DNA from: Folioceros fuciformis
Taxonomy: Eukaryota
DNA: 64,000 bases
NCBI GenBank assembly: GCA_049999805.1
Contig: JBNGIO010004204.1
Span: 1-64,000 of the forward strand
Direction of reading: 5' to 3'
Part shown: piece by piece, positions 21,701-35,989 of the stretch
How the letters are laid out: each line of letters begins with the position of its first letter
Position numbering within the stretch: the first letter of the stretch is position 1
Program-made: the position numbers and the translations under genes
The notes under the pieces: generated by a model
The model's database searches: none
Told to the model about the DNA's origin: nothing
Seen by the model: the letters and a program-made list of their open reading frames with translations, nothing else

Positions 21701-24700
21701 TGAGAATGGCAGGCAGCTGCACTTTAAACTCATCATGAAATTGTGCAGTTCGAGTGTTCACAGCAATCTGTGAATGGGCACTCCTCTGCATGGCTATACC
21801 ATTACCACTCCTGGAATAGAAGGCCTGCATCAATACAATATCGATTTTAGCAGCGGGCAATCCAGAATGACAAAACAGAATAGCAGACAGACAAAGCAAC
21901 AGATGATCCTCATCCATACAAGAAGGGGAGGCTTCTTCAGATCAGCATCATCTTTTCGTAGCTCCACACGTATGAACAGATTGCGCTTTTTGCTCAAGTG
22001 CACGGAGAGGGGATAGACGAACAAGCAATGCACAAGCTGAGTGAGCGGCTCATTCTTTGTGAGCACTCGAAATTCCAGCGCTGCAAACTGCAGAGACATT
22101 TAACAGCAATAAGCATGTGTTGCCAGAAGTAAGAAAGCCACAATGATCGATCAGGGCACTAGGAATGCAGGTGCATCTGCAAAGATAAACCTACATCAGC
22201 TCCTGCAGTATCATGCATCATTTGGGTGGTGTCAGGTTCCACCCGATCAACTTCTGTTTGTTGCCCTCCATTTTGACTTTTCCGTCCAGATCCATGCCTT
22301 ACTCGCCTTCCTGAGCCGATTTCCGACAGTCTGTCCTCCCCCTCAACAGACCCATTGCTGGACAATGTATCCATGTCAGGCTCCTCAATTGGAAGGCGTT
22401 CCACTTCGATAGTCAGCGTGCCCTTCACATGTTTGTGAACTTTGCGTTTTGGGTCCTTCAGAGATTAGAAGGACAGTGTCAACCTTAAGAACCCAATAAC
22501 CGTTAAGCTAAGGTCTGCATCACATCCATATTGGTGGACACTTGACACTACTTTGCAAGTTCTCAAGTATGGGCAGCATAACAGCTAAATCAAGTTGACA
22601 AAACTTCAGGCCTTGAACTACCTGAAGTGATTCTTCAGTGTAGCACTCCTTAACCCGGTTCATTGCTGATACTTCCACTATGGCAGAGGAATAGAGAGAA
22701 GCATTCTTGTTGGCAGATAGAGATCTTGCATCAAGATCCAAAGCAGAGTCAACCAGCCCTGAAATTCCTCCTCCAGGAGATGGAAGTGGACTGCTTGGCG
22801 AGTTGAAACCACCAATGATAGTTGAACTAGGGTCAAACAAGGGAATAAACGTCCAAGCAAAAGGTTCTCGGTACGGCATGATTCTCGCCCATACTTGCAG
22901 TTTCTGTTTTTCTCGTTCCATCAGATGCACCTGCAGACCATGGATGATGGTCATTGCTCCGATTCGTGGAACCCTATCATAAAAGAAAAGGCACCAGACG
23001 AGCCTGAAGCTCCATACACATTTCAAATGCATGCGACAAATCTACCAGACTTACAGGCTCCTTTCTAGAATATACTGAAGACGTTACTCCACCTTCCTCG
23101 GTGGCATGCTTTTCTAGCTGAATGAGAAAACATACTGAGGGTGATGGCATATCAAGTGTAAAAACTGCACGTCTTTCAGGTGGTGGCCCTTCCTGCCCCA
23201 AGTTCCAGGAAATAAGATTAACAAGGACGAACAAACAACAAAGCACCATGAAGAAAGAAGAACAACCAAGAAATTGAATCTCCTGCAGCTGAACTCACCT
23301 CCTGAAACTCATGAGGCAAGAACTGAAAGTAGAAGTCCTCTGATAATTTCTCCCGCTTCTCTCGATGATACAAGCTCAAGGTTCCATAGACCGGTTCAGC
23401 TTTACCACAAAACAGGAGGATGTCACTAAGAGTTGGTGAGTTGAGACCATGCCTGAAATTCCTAGCGGTTCTGAAAGAAGAGAAGGGAACACACCTAAGG
23501 GACCAGCCTGGAATTTTATACCCTTCAGTTTCACTGCCACTTTCAACGCACTGGGAACAAACCAATTCGTCAACAATAAGAACCCACATAAAACAATATT
23601 GGACCTCCATTTCTAATGGAAAGCAGGAAAGTGGGAAAGTTAAGCACGAACCTTGAGGATAAAGCTGAAGGAAGCTCGGGTATTCTCTGGCCAAACACTG
23701 TAGCTCTCTCAGACTCCCAGTTGTAGACAGGGTCATAGGCCGGAAGTGGAGACATGCCGAGATGCTGCATGACCACAAAGGCAAACACTTGAAGTTCGTA
23801 ATTGCAGCTAATGAACTATTGTCAAACGGTCAGATCTATCAAAAACCTGAAGGCACCTGCCCACAGACCTGACGACCATGATCCCCCCATTCTTTCCCTG
23901 GACAGAACCTTGCAAACTGAGGAGCAGTTCATGCCTGAAGATTTGCCAGGCTGCACGGTCTTGGTGATGCATCTCGTTACATGGAGAATGGGAGGCTCAA
24001 ATGAGTGCACTGCAGATCAACAACGTCCTTGTGTACAATTCTCAGCAGAAGAGCTTCCAGAGCTCAGGAGACGGGACTGGAGGTAGTCTAATTATTTGAA
24101 ACCCAGGGAGCCTTCAGAATGGCTGGGAATGGTGTATCGGCTCATAGGTCTTGGCCAATCCACATTTAGCGTCTTGACCCCGAATCAACCCCCAGGAATA
24201 AGTGACAATGTACAGCACTGCCCCCACATTTCTAATGGTTTATAGATGAAGCTCAGATGCGAGTTTAACTACGATGCCAACATTGAAGACGTTAGGGTTG
24301 CAAACAGGCACGAGAGGCTGTGAGGGGTGCTTTCATGTATCCAGCGGGTTTGAAATGAGAGAACATAAACCTTTGGCATCAATTTTCTGCGCCGGTGGTC
24401 AGCATCCCCATCATAGGAGTGCCTTCCAGATGTGCTCGGCTCCTCATCATCTGTGGTGTCTCCTGCCCTACCTAGCCTCAAATTTGAGAGTCGTTGCTCT
24501 GGACACGCTAACAGTGAAACGTCAGAAAGCTTCATTGGCCGAACAGCAACCCTGTTCCTTTGCTCCAGATAAACTTCGACCGACACAGCTAGACTCGAAG
24601 CACAGGATTCCGACGGCACAAAAGGAACCCATGATATTTCATCCAGAAGCTTACCCGTCTCAACGTCAGTATCAGGCCCCTCAAAAGTCTGAGTCTCGAA

Positions 24701-25021
24701 GATCGGAAGCGGGACACTTTCATAGTGACCGTATTTAAGGTCATCTTTCAGCCAATCTGCCTTGAAGCACTGGACCAACTCCCGCAGATGGGGCCATTGC
24801 TCCAGGTTCCCATTCAGCTTCAACAGAGAAAATGGTAACGCCGTCAGCTAAAGGTTCCAAGATTCCATGCTCTGAGACAGACCCAGTCATTAGAATGACA
24901 ACAAAACACAATCCACAATTTCAATGATGAGACTGACCAAGGGGTCAAGGGTAAGGCCAGGCGAGGAGAAAGGATGGGGAACGCGTCTAAATCGCTGCGT
25001 GCTCAACGCAGCGTCTGCCAT
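15718..25021 (-). CDS. SPK1: SPIKE1, DOCK-family guanine nucleotide exchange factor for ROP GTPases (many short introns; DHR1/C2 and DHR2 domains)
   Basis: N-terminus 'MADAALSTQRFRRVP...LDPL / LNGNLEQWPHLRELVQC'. DHR1-like 'KRNLFIRVELRKDD' and '[27 protein letters not shown]'. DHR2 'YYRVGFYGERFG', 'WKRRT', 'SPIENAI' and 'LQGSVAVQVNSG'. C-terminus 'TAELSHYIPAILSEL'. Confidence 0.95.
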
Positions 25022-25490
25022 ATCCTGCAGGAAAGGCAGAAGAAAGATTCACGTCAGTCCGCACGGTAACTTCTCCTCCATTGCTGCAACTACAGATGGC
25101 CTCCACTCAAAATTTCAACCAGCTTACGAGGCACATCCAAGAGAGAAACGTTCCAAGCAACATTGTTGCTCAACCACACGGAGAAGAAAGCACGCAACGT
25201 CGAAAAGCTAGGCGGGCCACGTACAACGGTCACAGCGTCCGTACCTCTCAAAGCCTATTGACAGTCTAAACGATTCCTCGATAGCTGGTACATACTATAC
25301 GGTAAGCCATGTACGCTTGCGGCCTGGTATGGGCAAATTTCAGCATCGGTGTGCGTCACAGCATCGAGATTGGGCAAGCGTGGGGGCAAAGAGAGCGCGA
25401 GTACGTACTTCAAGAAACCGATACGCAGTAGATGAGGAGACTCGCTATGACAACATCTGCAAATGCTTTGCCGCTGGCAGAAGAGCATAC

Positions 25491-25534
25491 GGCTCCAGCT
25501 CCAGCTCCTGCTCCAGCTCCAGCTCCAGCTCCCG
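25491..25534. repeat. (CCAGCT)n hexamer microsatellite upstream of SPK1
   Basis: 'gctccagctccagctcctgctccagctccagctccagctccc', about 7 units. Confidence 0.85.
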
Positions 25535-28283
25535 CTTCAGCCTACAATGGGACACCTCGCATTGCCAGCGCGGCCTTAATTTTCAGCTCCCTCGTGTACC
25601 AAAGAAGACGCCTGCCATGGCCAAAAACCTCGACCTTGACCTCCAGAGAACCACTACATTTTTCCCGGAACAAACTCCCGAATCGCAGGGCGATGCACAG
25701 CAATGCGACAGTGTTCAAACCCTAACACCCGCTGGTTGCTCTGCGGACAAACAGGAGCTGGACGAAATTCCCCGGCCTTGGTTCCCCCTGATAAAATGCC
25801 TCTCCTCCTTCACATGCGGTTGCAGCAAACCAGATCGCTCCTGAAGAAGCTACGGGCGAGGCAAGATCGGGAAAACGGAGTTCCCTGACAGGCCAATTGA
25901 CGAGGCAATGAAGGATGCCGAGCTCTAGCGGCCTCCGCATTCAGGGGCGGGAGTGCGTGAAGATGGCATTCAGCATGAACACAGGCGAAGCGCGGCGCAG
26001 GCAGCAAACAGATGCTGGGGCATCTGTCTGGACGTCCACACAATCTACCGCCTCTCTCTTCCTGCTCTGACCGGTCTGCGGGAATCGGGAAGACAGCGTT
26101 TCACGCAGGAGCCATCACAAAGATCAAACAGGCTGATGAGCAGAGCACGGAGCACAGCGGAGCCGCTTTGTGTCAGGCATCAACCTGCTGCACACTTGCC
26201 ATTCTGCATTCAAAGCTGCTATTGGGCGCAAAAGAAAGGTAAAAGACAACCGATAGCGGGCATGGCAGCAGCAGCAGACTGCAGCGGCAACGAGCAATCA
26301 GCTTCTTTCTTCTCTCTTTGAAGGTTTGAGCAGCTCTCACATGTGCCATTTCCTCTCTTTCAGGAGCAGGCCGCCTCCATCCTCGGCACCTAGTACAACC
26401 AGTGCGTTTGCCATGGATGCACAGTCAAAAAGCTTCCGAGTTTCTACCCGCCTCCAGTGGGCGGTAAAAATCCTACTGGCACTAGAGGACACCCACCGTG
26501 GCTCCGATGCCGTGCGCACCTCCCCGTATCTGGCGGATGGGCCGCGGAATGTAGGCTGGCAGGTTCAAGTTACAATCCGGCCCGGAGGAAAGATGCCACT
26601 GCTACCCAAAATGCTTTGGGACTGATTGTGATCATGTGCTTCCTTCCCGAAATCGATGCCATGCAGGTCAGGAGCAAAACCACCTCTACCCAGTTACTTG
26701 GACATGTGTGTCGGCCTCAGCAGATGTCTCTACATCGCCATGACCAGCCAGGCATGCACACATGCAAGCATGTTTGTAGCAACAGTACTTTCATCGAAGG
26801 AGAAACTGGGCTCTTGATGAGCAGGCAGAGCACGGCAGTGGCCACAGGGGCGTCCTGAAGGGCAGCTGTTATGGGTGATGGGGAAGCACCCAGCCATCAT
26901 CTCCAGGCCGTCAGTGCCATCGTTGCTGGCGCTGGCGGACAAACATCATGTAGCCACATCTATCAACATACACATGTACCTTCTGTTGTACATCTGTACA
27001 ACTGCTGCCGTCCAGCTACAAACTGTACATACATGTATGCACACACACATCTCTCTCAACTTCACCCGAGGCGGATTGCATGATGCATGGGACTGGAGAG
27101 GTGATAGTCGAAGGACTGCGAGTTATCAAGACGTGACGGCTTAGTCAAAGATGTGAGAGGAGAGTTAAATGCCCCCCGCACTTGCTCATCACAGCTTACA
27201 CCCACTTCGAGGCAGCCTCGAATGTCGGTCTGCTGAGACTGTGGCCCGTGGGCCTGTGGCCTTCATGCACGCTACCGTGGACAATTCCCGGTCAATCTGC
27301 CTCACGTCACGTTGCTCATCACTGATCTACTGTTGGCCAGCTTCAGCATCCCGCAACCGCTCGATGTTCATATCGTTGGGCTGTTACCGACATCTACTGC
27401 AGTGGACTCGGGCTCGGGCCCGCTTACGACTCCTTGATTCATCAGCCAGGCAAGAATAGCTGGGCTCAATAATAACCCATATCGTTCACAAAAAATTTCG
27501 TGACCACGCATCGCGTGCAAATGTTCTCGTACTTCGAGGAAGGCCCAGATCCGCGACCAGGGGGGCCGCCGGCGCCCACTCTACTTATTGCAAGCCAGGT
27601 CACACAGCACAGCACAGGATGTGCCGGTGCCGTCGCTTCGGGGCGGCAAACGTTACACACGCTTATGGGACGGAGATGCCAGGTTAACTAACCGGAATAA
27701 TCTCGTTCAGCCAGTGTATACAAACTCGGCGAGAGGCACCTGCAAAGATCCAACAATGTTCCAACGCGGACCCAGAGCTATGCGATGTGCTGGGCCTCCG
27801 AGCGGGTAACAGTGTCTGGTGGATCCGGTCCAGTGGATCCGGTCCGCCGATATGTATGTCGGAACAAGTGACATCAAGACCGAATTTTATTTCTTTTGCA
27901 TACAAACCGCAACGGTATATCATACCAGACACAACCGGTTGTGGGCTGTTTACTTGCAAGATGACAAGGAATAGCCGGAGAGCTGCAAGTGTGGAAGGAA
28001 GAACGGGGGGAGGAAAGGACGGCTGGCCGGCCCTGGGCCCTATGAGAGGGTCAGCGGCTGCTGCGCTGACAGGAGGGCGGGCAGAGACTGTCCGTAGCCA
28101 TGCGTGTCCTTTTGCAACCCCTCTTCACATGTGTGCAAACCTCTTAGCACAAAGTCACAATCTATTCCATGGCTCTGCTGGTATGGCATATTCAATATTC
28201 CTGAGGAATGCGTTGAAGTGGCTACACAGATGACTAGTTTCGGAAATGTTCTTGCCCAAGTTTAAACACTGCTATTTCTTGAA

Positions 28284-28459
28284 GGATTGGATCCGTGCAC
28301 TGTAATACATCCTCCTCCACATGCTCTGTCACTTGAGTTGGATTGGATCCGTGGACTGTAATACTAGATCTCCACATGCTCTGTCACTTGAGTTGGGATT
28401 GGATCCGTGGACAGCAATACTAGACCTCCACATGCTCTGTCACTTAAGTGGGGATTGGA
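28284..28459. repeat. Tandem repeat, unit about 55-56 bp, 3 copies
   Basis: 'ggattggatccgtg(c/g)ac(t/a)g(t/c)aatac...ctccacatgctctgtcactt(g/a)agt' is repeated head-to-tail three times. Confidence 0.9.
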
Positions 28460-30202
28460 ATAGATTGGACTCTTGCTTTGAGAAGAGTGCTTCTCTGAGT
28501 TTCCGTGGACAGGCTGACAGAGAGGAACTGCCATCTGCGACAGACTCTAGGTGATAAACCTGGATAGCTTGAGGTTGAACAGCCTTCCCAAATACCAACT
28601 CCCGTTCGTGATTGCACGTGATAAAGTCGTTCTTGAATGAAATTCATAGACCTAGTTAAGTACAGGACGGAACTCAGTTTGCTAGCTTGGCAGACGGCAG
28701 AGCCTTGAGAGTGCTTTCACCGGTGGTTGGAGGGCAGCCACCTCGTGCAAGGAGAAGGCATTGCCCTCCAGCTTAAATGCCTGTACAATCTGTCCCCAGG
28801 CATCTCTGGTGTGCAAAAAAGGCTGCCAGGCTCAACAGCTGAAAGACTGTGCTAGCACCACGTCAATACAGGCTTTCACCCTCAGGGATGCAATCCAGCT
28901 ATGAACCGTGCTGGGAGCTCACGAGGGACTTGCAGGACAAGCTGTCCCTTGGAGCTAGAGTGTATCCTCACAGACTCGACAAAAGCGGGCGATGTGACTC
29001 ATCATGGGATAGGCTTCCTGCAACATCGACCAGTTCAAAGCGCTTCCAATATGTACGCAGTCCCCTCCTGCTGTGAGTACTCTGGTCATGCTCCTTTCGC
29101 TGATCCGGTGGACATAACGCCTTCAATCAAGGCCAGTGGGCAGGGGATGAGTGCAATTGCAAACACCACTTTCCCAGCCGATGGAAAGGGTTGAGAAGGC
29201 ATCCCCCCTGTCCTGGATTTTAGACGATCGCCTAGTACCGCCAAAGCGGAGCAGAGAACGAGGAAATGGCGTGCATGCTGTTTGCAGGGAACAGCTTCGC
29301 CTGAGAAGAAGAGCGAGGAACACCTCGGGCGTGGTAGATCCGCTCACTGAAAGTCACTGAAAGTGCGGTTGGTATCTTTGAGCGAAGTATCAGGGCCAGG
29401 GTGATATAGAGACGGCAGCTTTAGGAACGAAGTACAGCATTCGTTGGACGGCAAGTCGATGAAGCACGCCTCCGCCTCCAGCATTCTGTTGAAACTGGAT
29501 ATCTGGCCTTCACTTTATCCAAAATGGTCTTCACCGCATTCACCAGAACATCGAGTTCTTTTCAGTAGTTGGTGTCCCCGGATATGCTGGATTTGGCAAA
29601 TTACTGGCCAGACGTTCACCTGTTCTAGATTGTCATGTTGAATGACAATGCGGTAGGCGGCGTCACCAAGGCTTCTTCACCGCATGGCCACATGACCAGC
29701 CTGAGGGCTTTAAGGCGTACCCACACTCCGTGCAAGATCCGTTCTGCCCGACCTGTGCCATAAAGCTAAGGAACTTCACGGCTATGCACAAAGACCTTTG
29801 GCTGTTGGTGCATTCTGTAAGGACAGGAGTTTACAGTATTTAGGAAGAAGACAATTCACGGTTTTGGGGTCAGGCACACTACTCCGCGGAGGGGACGCCA
29901 GTAGTAGATGAGGATCTGGTTCTTGTGGGGTGTAGCTTGTGACGGGAACGATGATGGGTGTTCAAAAAAAGATGTGTAGTCCCACGATGTTTCACACAAT
30001 TGTGTGAGACATCATGCAAACAAGAGTGGGATCGATTCGAGCACCACTCATCGGCACTGCCAAGCAGGAGTACCCAAGAGGCTTGTGACTAGCCAACCAG
30101 CCCTGACATTCTGGAACGACGTCACGAATCCGTCACCATGTCTACTACCACATTTGCCAACATAGAAGCCCGAACTTGTATACAGCATGCACAAAGAGAG
30201 CC

Positions 30203-33200
30203 TCAAGTCCTGTAAGCTGCTCTGGAAGAAGCTTCAGCTGCAAGCTTCAGCGCTTCTGATGCGACACCTGCCTCAGCCACCAACGCTGCAGGGAGCCTGC
30301 CTTGTAGACACGGATTGATATTGAGAGGAGCCAGCCAGGACCCGTTGAAAATCAAGTTCACTCCAGGGAGCGGTACCTCCCCGCTGTCATCCTCCAGCCC
30401 ATTGGCCTTTTGCCCAGGAGTCGGCGGACTGTTATCCATGATTAGTCGTTGATTAGCTTCATAAACTGGGTACTGAGACTTTGACGACCTGCATCCATGA
30501 AAACCACAGACAGTCTTAGATGTTCCGATGCCGACAACGAAGCCCAACTGCATACTTGAAAGACGAGGCAGCGCTACAGACCTTGGAATATCTCCGTCGA
30601 AACTCATGACCTCGAACCGTCTACGCTGTCGGTCTGTGCGGCTGAGCTTGGACGACATAACAGGTGAGAGCGGGGTCGAGGGCTCCTCACTGGGTAAGAA
30701 CCATCTTCCACTACCGTGACTTGTCAGCTCCGATGCTCCTGTTGTGAGAAGTTTCTCAGAACCATATGTAATTCTTGGAACCACACCATTCGCTTGATGA
30801 TCTCCAATAAATTCTTGCAGCTGTTTTCTCAAAAGTAGCATCTGCTCACGGTGCCTCAACACGGATACAGGATGGAAGAGACGATGCTGAACGGCTGCTT
30901 CACAAACACGCTGACATAGAGCTGTGTCAAAAAGAGGGACACCAAACTCCACACCTTGTGGAACCCACACATAGTCACTATCATCTGCCTCGTTTACTGG
31001 ACCTTCATATCCTGGGGTAGATCTGCACATGCGCAAGAAGGTCATATATCCGACAGACTGAACATGCAGTTCGCCTGCTGCCTGCATGATGGAGGCATGT
31101 GGATAAAAGCTGTCCTTCGCCTTACTTTCTACCTCGGCCTGCTCATCCATTGGTAAAGCAACATCTTTTGTGACAATTCCCTCCTTGTCATCAAGGGAAT
31201 CACGGTGAAAGGGTTGCACGAAAACGGCCGAATGTCTCAGAAGAGAATTCAAACAGTGCAGCAAAATTCGACCATCCACCACAGTGCCGTCGAACTTCCC
31301 CCCTATTCCGTTCACTATTGTGCCATCCCATGACCATACCAGAGCCTTGGTGCAACCAGACAATGGAGGAGGAAGTAACCGCAGCCGAAGCCCCCTTATT
31401 AAAGCCACTGACACAGGTCCAGACCCAGCAACATGGTACAGAAGAAGGCGCATCCATGGACTTACAGCAGCACGAGAAGGGGGGCCAAAATGGACAGGAC
31501 CTTCGCCATCCGCTGACACAAAAGGTGGAGGAGACGTTAAAGGGGTCATTGATACCACAACACTGTAATCTCGGCGGAACACTCTTTGCAGTGTGGCAGG
31601 TGTGAGCCCAGCAAGGCTCTCACAACGGACCACATCCACACGATACTTCCTACCCTTCCGACTTCGTGGCTTACTCTGAAGAGCATTGTCACTCACAGTG
31701 GGGGAGCTTGCAACTTGAGTTCCATCGTCCATGTCCAGGATGCCCTCGCTCCTTGTCTTGGTACCATCTATATTGAGGACTCCATTCTGCCTGCTGATAG
31801 ATCCAGCCTGATCTCGTTGTCCATTCACTGTATGAGATTCAGCACTATCCACAACTCTCGAGGACATTCCCAGTAAGCTGTCAGAGGTCATGAACGAGCC
31901 AGAGGGCAACAAATCGACTGATTTTCTACCCAGTGAAGAGTTATCCAACAAAGACACTATGCTGAATTGCTCATCAGCTGAGGAAAGGCGCCTATCAGCA
32001 TCTGAAACATACTCCTTTGCTGCCAGCTCGGCGGAATCAACGATGTCCACTTCGGAGGAAGGATCAATCCCACCAGATCGAAGGCATTCTAGGGCAAGAC
32101 GTAGGCTAAACGCATGATCTGCAAATTGCTGTATCTCACCCTCAAATTTAGTGCCTTCTACTTTCCGTAGATCTTCACACATGTCCGCAACACTTGAATC
32201 TCCCAGCTTTCCAGCTTCATAAAGTGTAACAGCATATGCCTTCAGACCTGAGACAACAAGAAAAATGGAAGAAGACAGAGATATAGCACCCAAACCCACT
32301 GAGAGATGTAGGGCAGCAAATCATGCCACAAGGCCTGTGAACAAACCTGGTGATACAGACCCCATCATCAAATATGATGTGAGGCTAGCGTCCACCATAA
32401 AAGCCATTCTTGCTGATAATGGAGCTTTTGGTATTTCTCCAATGGAAGCATCTTGAGGCTCAGGTCCATCCCACAAAGAACTCACTCCTCGGGGACTCCC
32501 TAAGCTGAGAAAATCATCCCCGCTGCCATCACTGGTCGGAGAACCAGGTGAGCTCCGAAGTAGCTCCGTTGGGTCTAACACCTTCTTAGCCCAGCCCAAC
32601 CGGGCTGCCAATGATACAGCAGCCTCGAGCTGTGATTGGTTTGCCTGTAAAGTCGCACCCAGCTCAGCAATCGTGACATGCTCGCTGGAAGCCACAAAAA
32701 CAGCGTACAAGAGCCTGGGAAGCAGAGGATCCCAGCCATCAGATTATCTGGCAGCATTGCAAGATTGACACCCAACTTCCAAGAGAAGCAATTCAGGTCA
32801 AACACCTTTTAACCGAACAGGTATGCGCCAACCATGACTCACTCTTCTGTTGGATCTTCATATGATTGCTCTCTATTTGAAACAAAACCTTCCAAGGTAG
32901 AGACTGCACCAGGCAAAGTAATTCATCAGGCAGCTTAAAATCAGGTCAGGCTGGTTAGTACTGTCTTCAAGCAATGCTTGCACTGTATGGGCATGACTAG
33001 ACCTGTCCTCGGATGTGTATGGCATGCAATTAGCAGAGGTATGCGTGTGTGACTCATTTCAAATAACCTGTGAGGAGCAGCTCACCTTGAAAGTGATCAT
33101 CTGGGAAAACAGGCACGTCAAGATATACCAAGCCTCTCCGATAAAGGACACGCAATACATTTATGTCAAATTCTCCAACTAGATTGACTTCTTCATTGCA

Positions 33201-34505
33201 GACCTTGTCGATTACAAGCATTTCCTCTTCTGACAGTTTCTACAGAGGAACATGTGTTATCCAATCACATGCAGCATGCCGATCTGTTGATAAAAATTCA
33301 ATTAAGTTCACAGAACTCAAAGCAATGGAAATAATAAAACTGAGTCAACCGAGATCCTCACCCGAAACTCCTCCAAGGATAGATTTACAACACAAACTGT
33401 CCACCATGGTTCAATAGGGAAATCTACCGGTTGAGTGGGCAACATGTCCTTCACAATAGACTTGTTAAGCTTCCACATCAGCTTCTGCATGACACAAAAA
33501 AGAGGAAGTTGTGGAGCCATAGTAACACAAAAGAGACTCAAATCACGGTCACTGGTATACAGTATGAGCCAACATGTAACCCATACGCCCAAAGTTCCAC
33601 GGTATACACATGGTTGACGCTGGGAACTTACCTTGGACCTGCACTTGTTCATGATGGCAATAAACTCATTTCGTCCTATCCCCACAACTCGAAGAGCATC
33701 AGCAGCACTGAAATTAGGAATGGCATCATATGGGCGTTCTGCAACAGAGGCACAAGCTCTGCATGTTAGGAGCCATTTGCAAAATCGGCATACATTAGCA
33801 TCTCCTTGAGATTATAGTCTTTTGCAGTCAAGAGATTCCTACCATTCTTCATCACCTCGTGGAGCATGTCACAGTAATAGCGAAATGGAGATATCCGCAA
33901 AATGCGACATATGTTTTCAGAGAGATGGTAAGGAAAAAGCTGTCACAAGCCAAGGTTCCAACAAACACAGCCTGAGATAGAGGAACCTCTACAGTTCTAC
34001 TGGCACAAAGTGTCTAGCACACCTTTCACACAAGTGCATCCAAGAAGCAAAACTCTTGTATCATTCTTGTGGCAAGTCAGCCTCCTGTTACAGCGCAAGC
34101 ATTTTGAAACTTAGTGTCAAGCAGCTCCATTTATATGGTGCTACGAGATGAAAGAGACACATCATGCAGCATCTTGTGTTAGAAGAAAATACCGCTAGAT
34201 TCTTCCGCAGGTAACGCATCATATCTTCATAATATTCATTTTCCTTACATGCATTCCTAGCATGGCACTCGTTCCATTTCAGCCGCTTCTTGATGCAGTA
34301 CTCCTTCACCCTGTAAAGAGGAACCTTAGACGACAGTGAGAGAGAATATCGAATTGATTGACACAACTGAAACCCACTTCTTGTTCCAATCTTCACTTGT
34401 GGGGAGGAATAACTTGAGTCGCTTTGGCAATCTCTCCCATGATAACTCCTCCTCAATTGCCTTCACCATCATCTGCTCCTCCACAATCGTGGGTAGGCGC
34501 TGCAT
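30203..34505 (-). CDS. FAM91A1: FAM91A1-like protein (endosome-to-Golgi trafficking complex subunit), multi-exon
   Basis: N-terminus 'MQRLPTIVEEQMMVKAIEEELSWERLPKRL'. Further motifs 'VKEYCIKKRLKWN', 'YYEDMMRYLRKNLA', 'GIGRNEFIAIMNKCRSK', 'LPTQPVDFPIEPWW', 'AFMVDASLTSYLMMGSVSPG', 'AVTLYEAGKLG', 'FEGEIQQFADHAFSL' and 'HFGPP...SPWMRL'. Confidence 0.9.
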
Positions 34506-35130
34506 CTTGGCAATTTGCCTTCACTGGGTGCTTCTGTATGCAACCAAGGGGAAAGAAGGGGATTGAAACTCCCAATAGACCAAACAAAAGCGGATGCAAC
34601 GGCTAAACACGCGGTTCAACAATCCCTCATCACCCAACAGAAATGTGACTCACAATGAATTGGCCTAGAGGACGTGCCGTTCTACTCCCTGCCTTGTTTT
34701 CATCAAATGCCAATGCAGCCAAATACGCTGCCACGTCCAGAATGGCCTCTCAGGATATGCGCCTGAGCGCCACCAAAAATCGCAGAGAATTTGACGGGAC
34801 CTGTGGCACGCGAGCTCCAGACACGTCCTGAGCTGCTCCAAGCTGCTCCGAACCCTAAGATCCTGCTAAGGACCATCAACCCAGCTGCTCAATCGTGCAA
34901 TGAAGATCTGAACCGCACACCTAGAGGGTAAACCTTGTCCCTCAGTGACACGAATTTCAGTGCGTGAATCGTGACACCTGAAAACCAAGTGTGGAGGATG
35001 TTCAATGAAATCAGCACAAAGGAACTCACATTTCACGATCCTCAGGCGGTTGGGTGTACTTGGCCCAACTTCTGAAGTACTACATATCTTCGGCCAGTTC
35101 AGTTTCAGGTTTACTTGTGTCCATACAGAA

Positions 35131-35199
35131 CATACCCACTACTAACAGGACATACCCACTACTAACAGGACATACCCACTACTGACAGGACACACCCCT
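35131..35199. repeat. 20-bp tandem repeat (CATACCCACTACTAACAGGA), about 3.4 copies
   Basis: Head-to-tail copies are directly visible. Confidence 0.9.
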
Positions 35200-35989
35200 T
35201 TTTGCTGAAGCCTTCCACACACCAAAAGGCTAGCTTGACGAACGGGGGTACTTGACTGGAGGCCTCGTACACACATATCACACGGGAAATTACTTTTGCG
35301 ATACCGGTCACCGAATGTTGTTCACGTTTCAAGAGTTTTCCAGAAACACTTCTCTCCCGTTCAACGTGTTTTTGCATTCAGCATTCGGACTTTCATTATT
35401 TTGGGTTTGTTTAGGGGGGCTGCTTCATCATCGCTCAAGGCCGCGGAGCCGCCAGGCTCAAGCCCCTTCCTAAAGGGGCGACCCTCAGCCGGCGCCTCGT
35501 TTCTCCTACCTATGGGATTCAAGCATGAAGCATTTCATCACCTTACGTACGGACATGCCTTCGCGACCAGTGGTTGGGACCATCTGGGCCCGTGGCATTT
35601 TGCCAAGGCCTCACCGCCGCGCCTTTCTTCGGGGAACATCCAAGCTGCGCCCACTAGCTGTCAGCGGGGGGCCTCTAGTTCGCGGGTTTCGGCTTGGAAT
35701 GCGTGATCTGCATCCACTAGAAATGTAAAACAAAACACAAAATAGTCCTCCAACAATAGTTAAGGGACTCTGCATTACTGTTTCTTCCGGGACAATCCAT
35801 CCTACATAAACACAAATCAAATGCCACAACACAAACGAGCTGTAGTCACCACAAAAAAAAAAAAAAAAATCAAGCTCAAATGTCCCGATATTGTTGCTTC
35901 CTCCCTAAGCATCACTTGTTTAGCCCTCACTCACTCTCCCTCAGCATCACCTACCTAGTCTTCACTCGCTCTCCATAGCCCTCCCTTAT

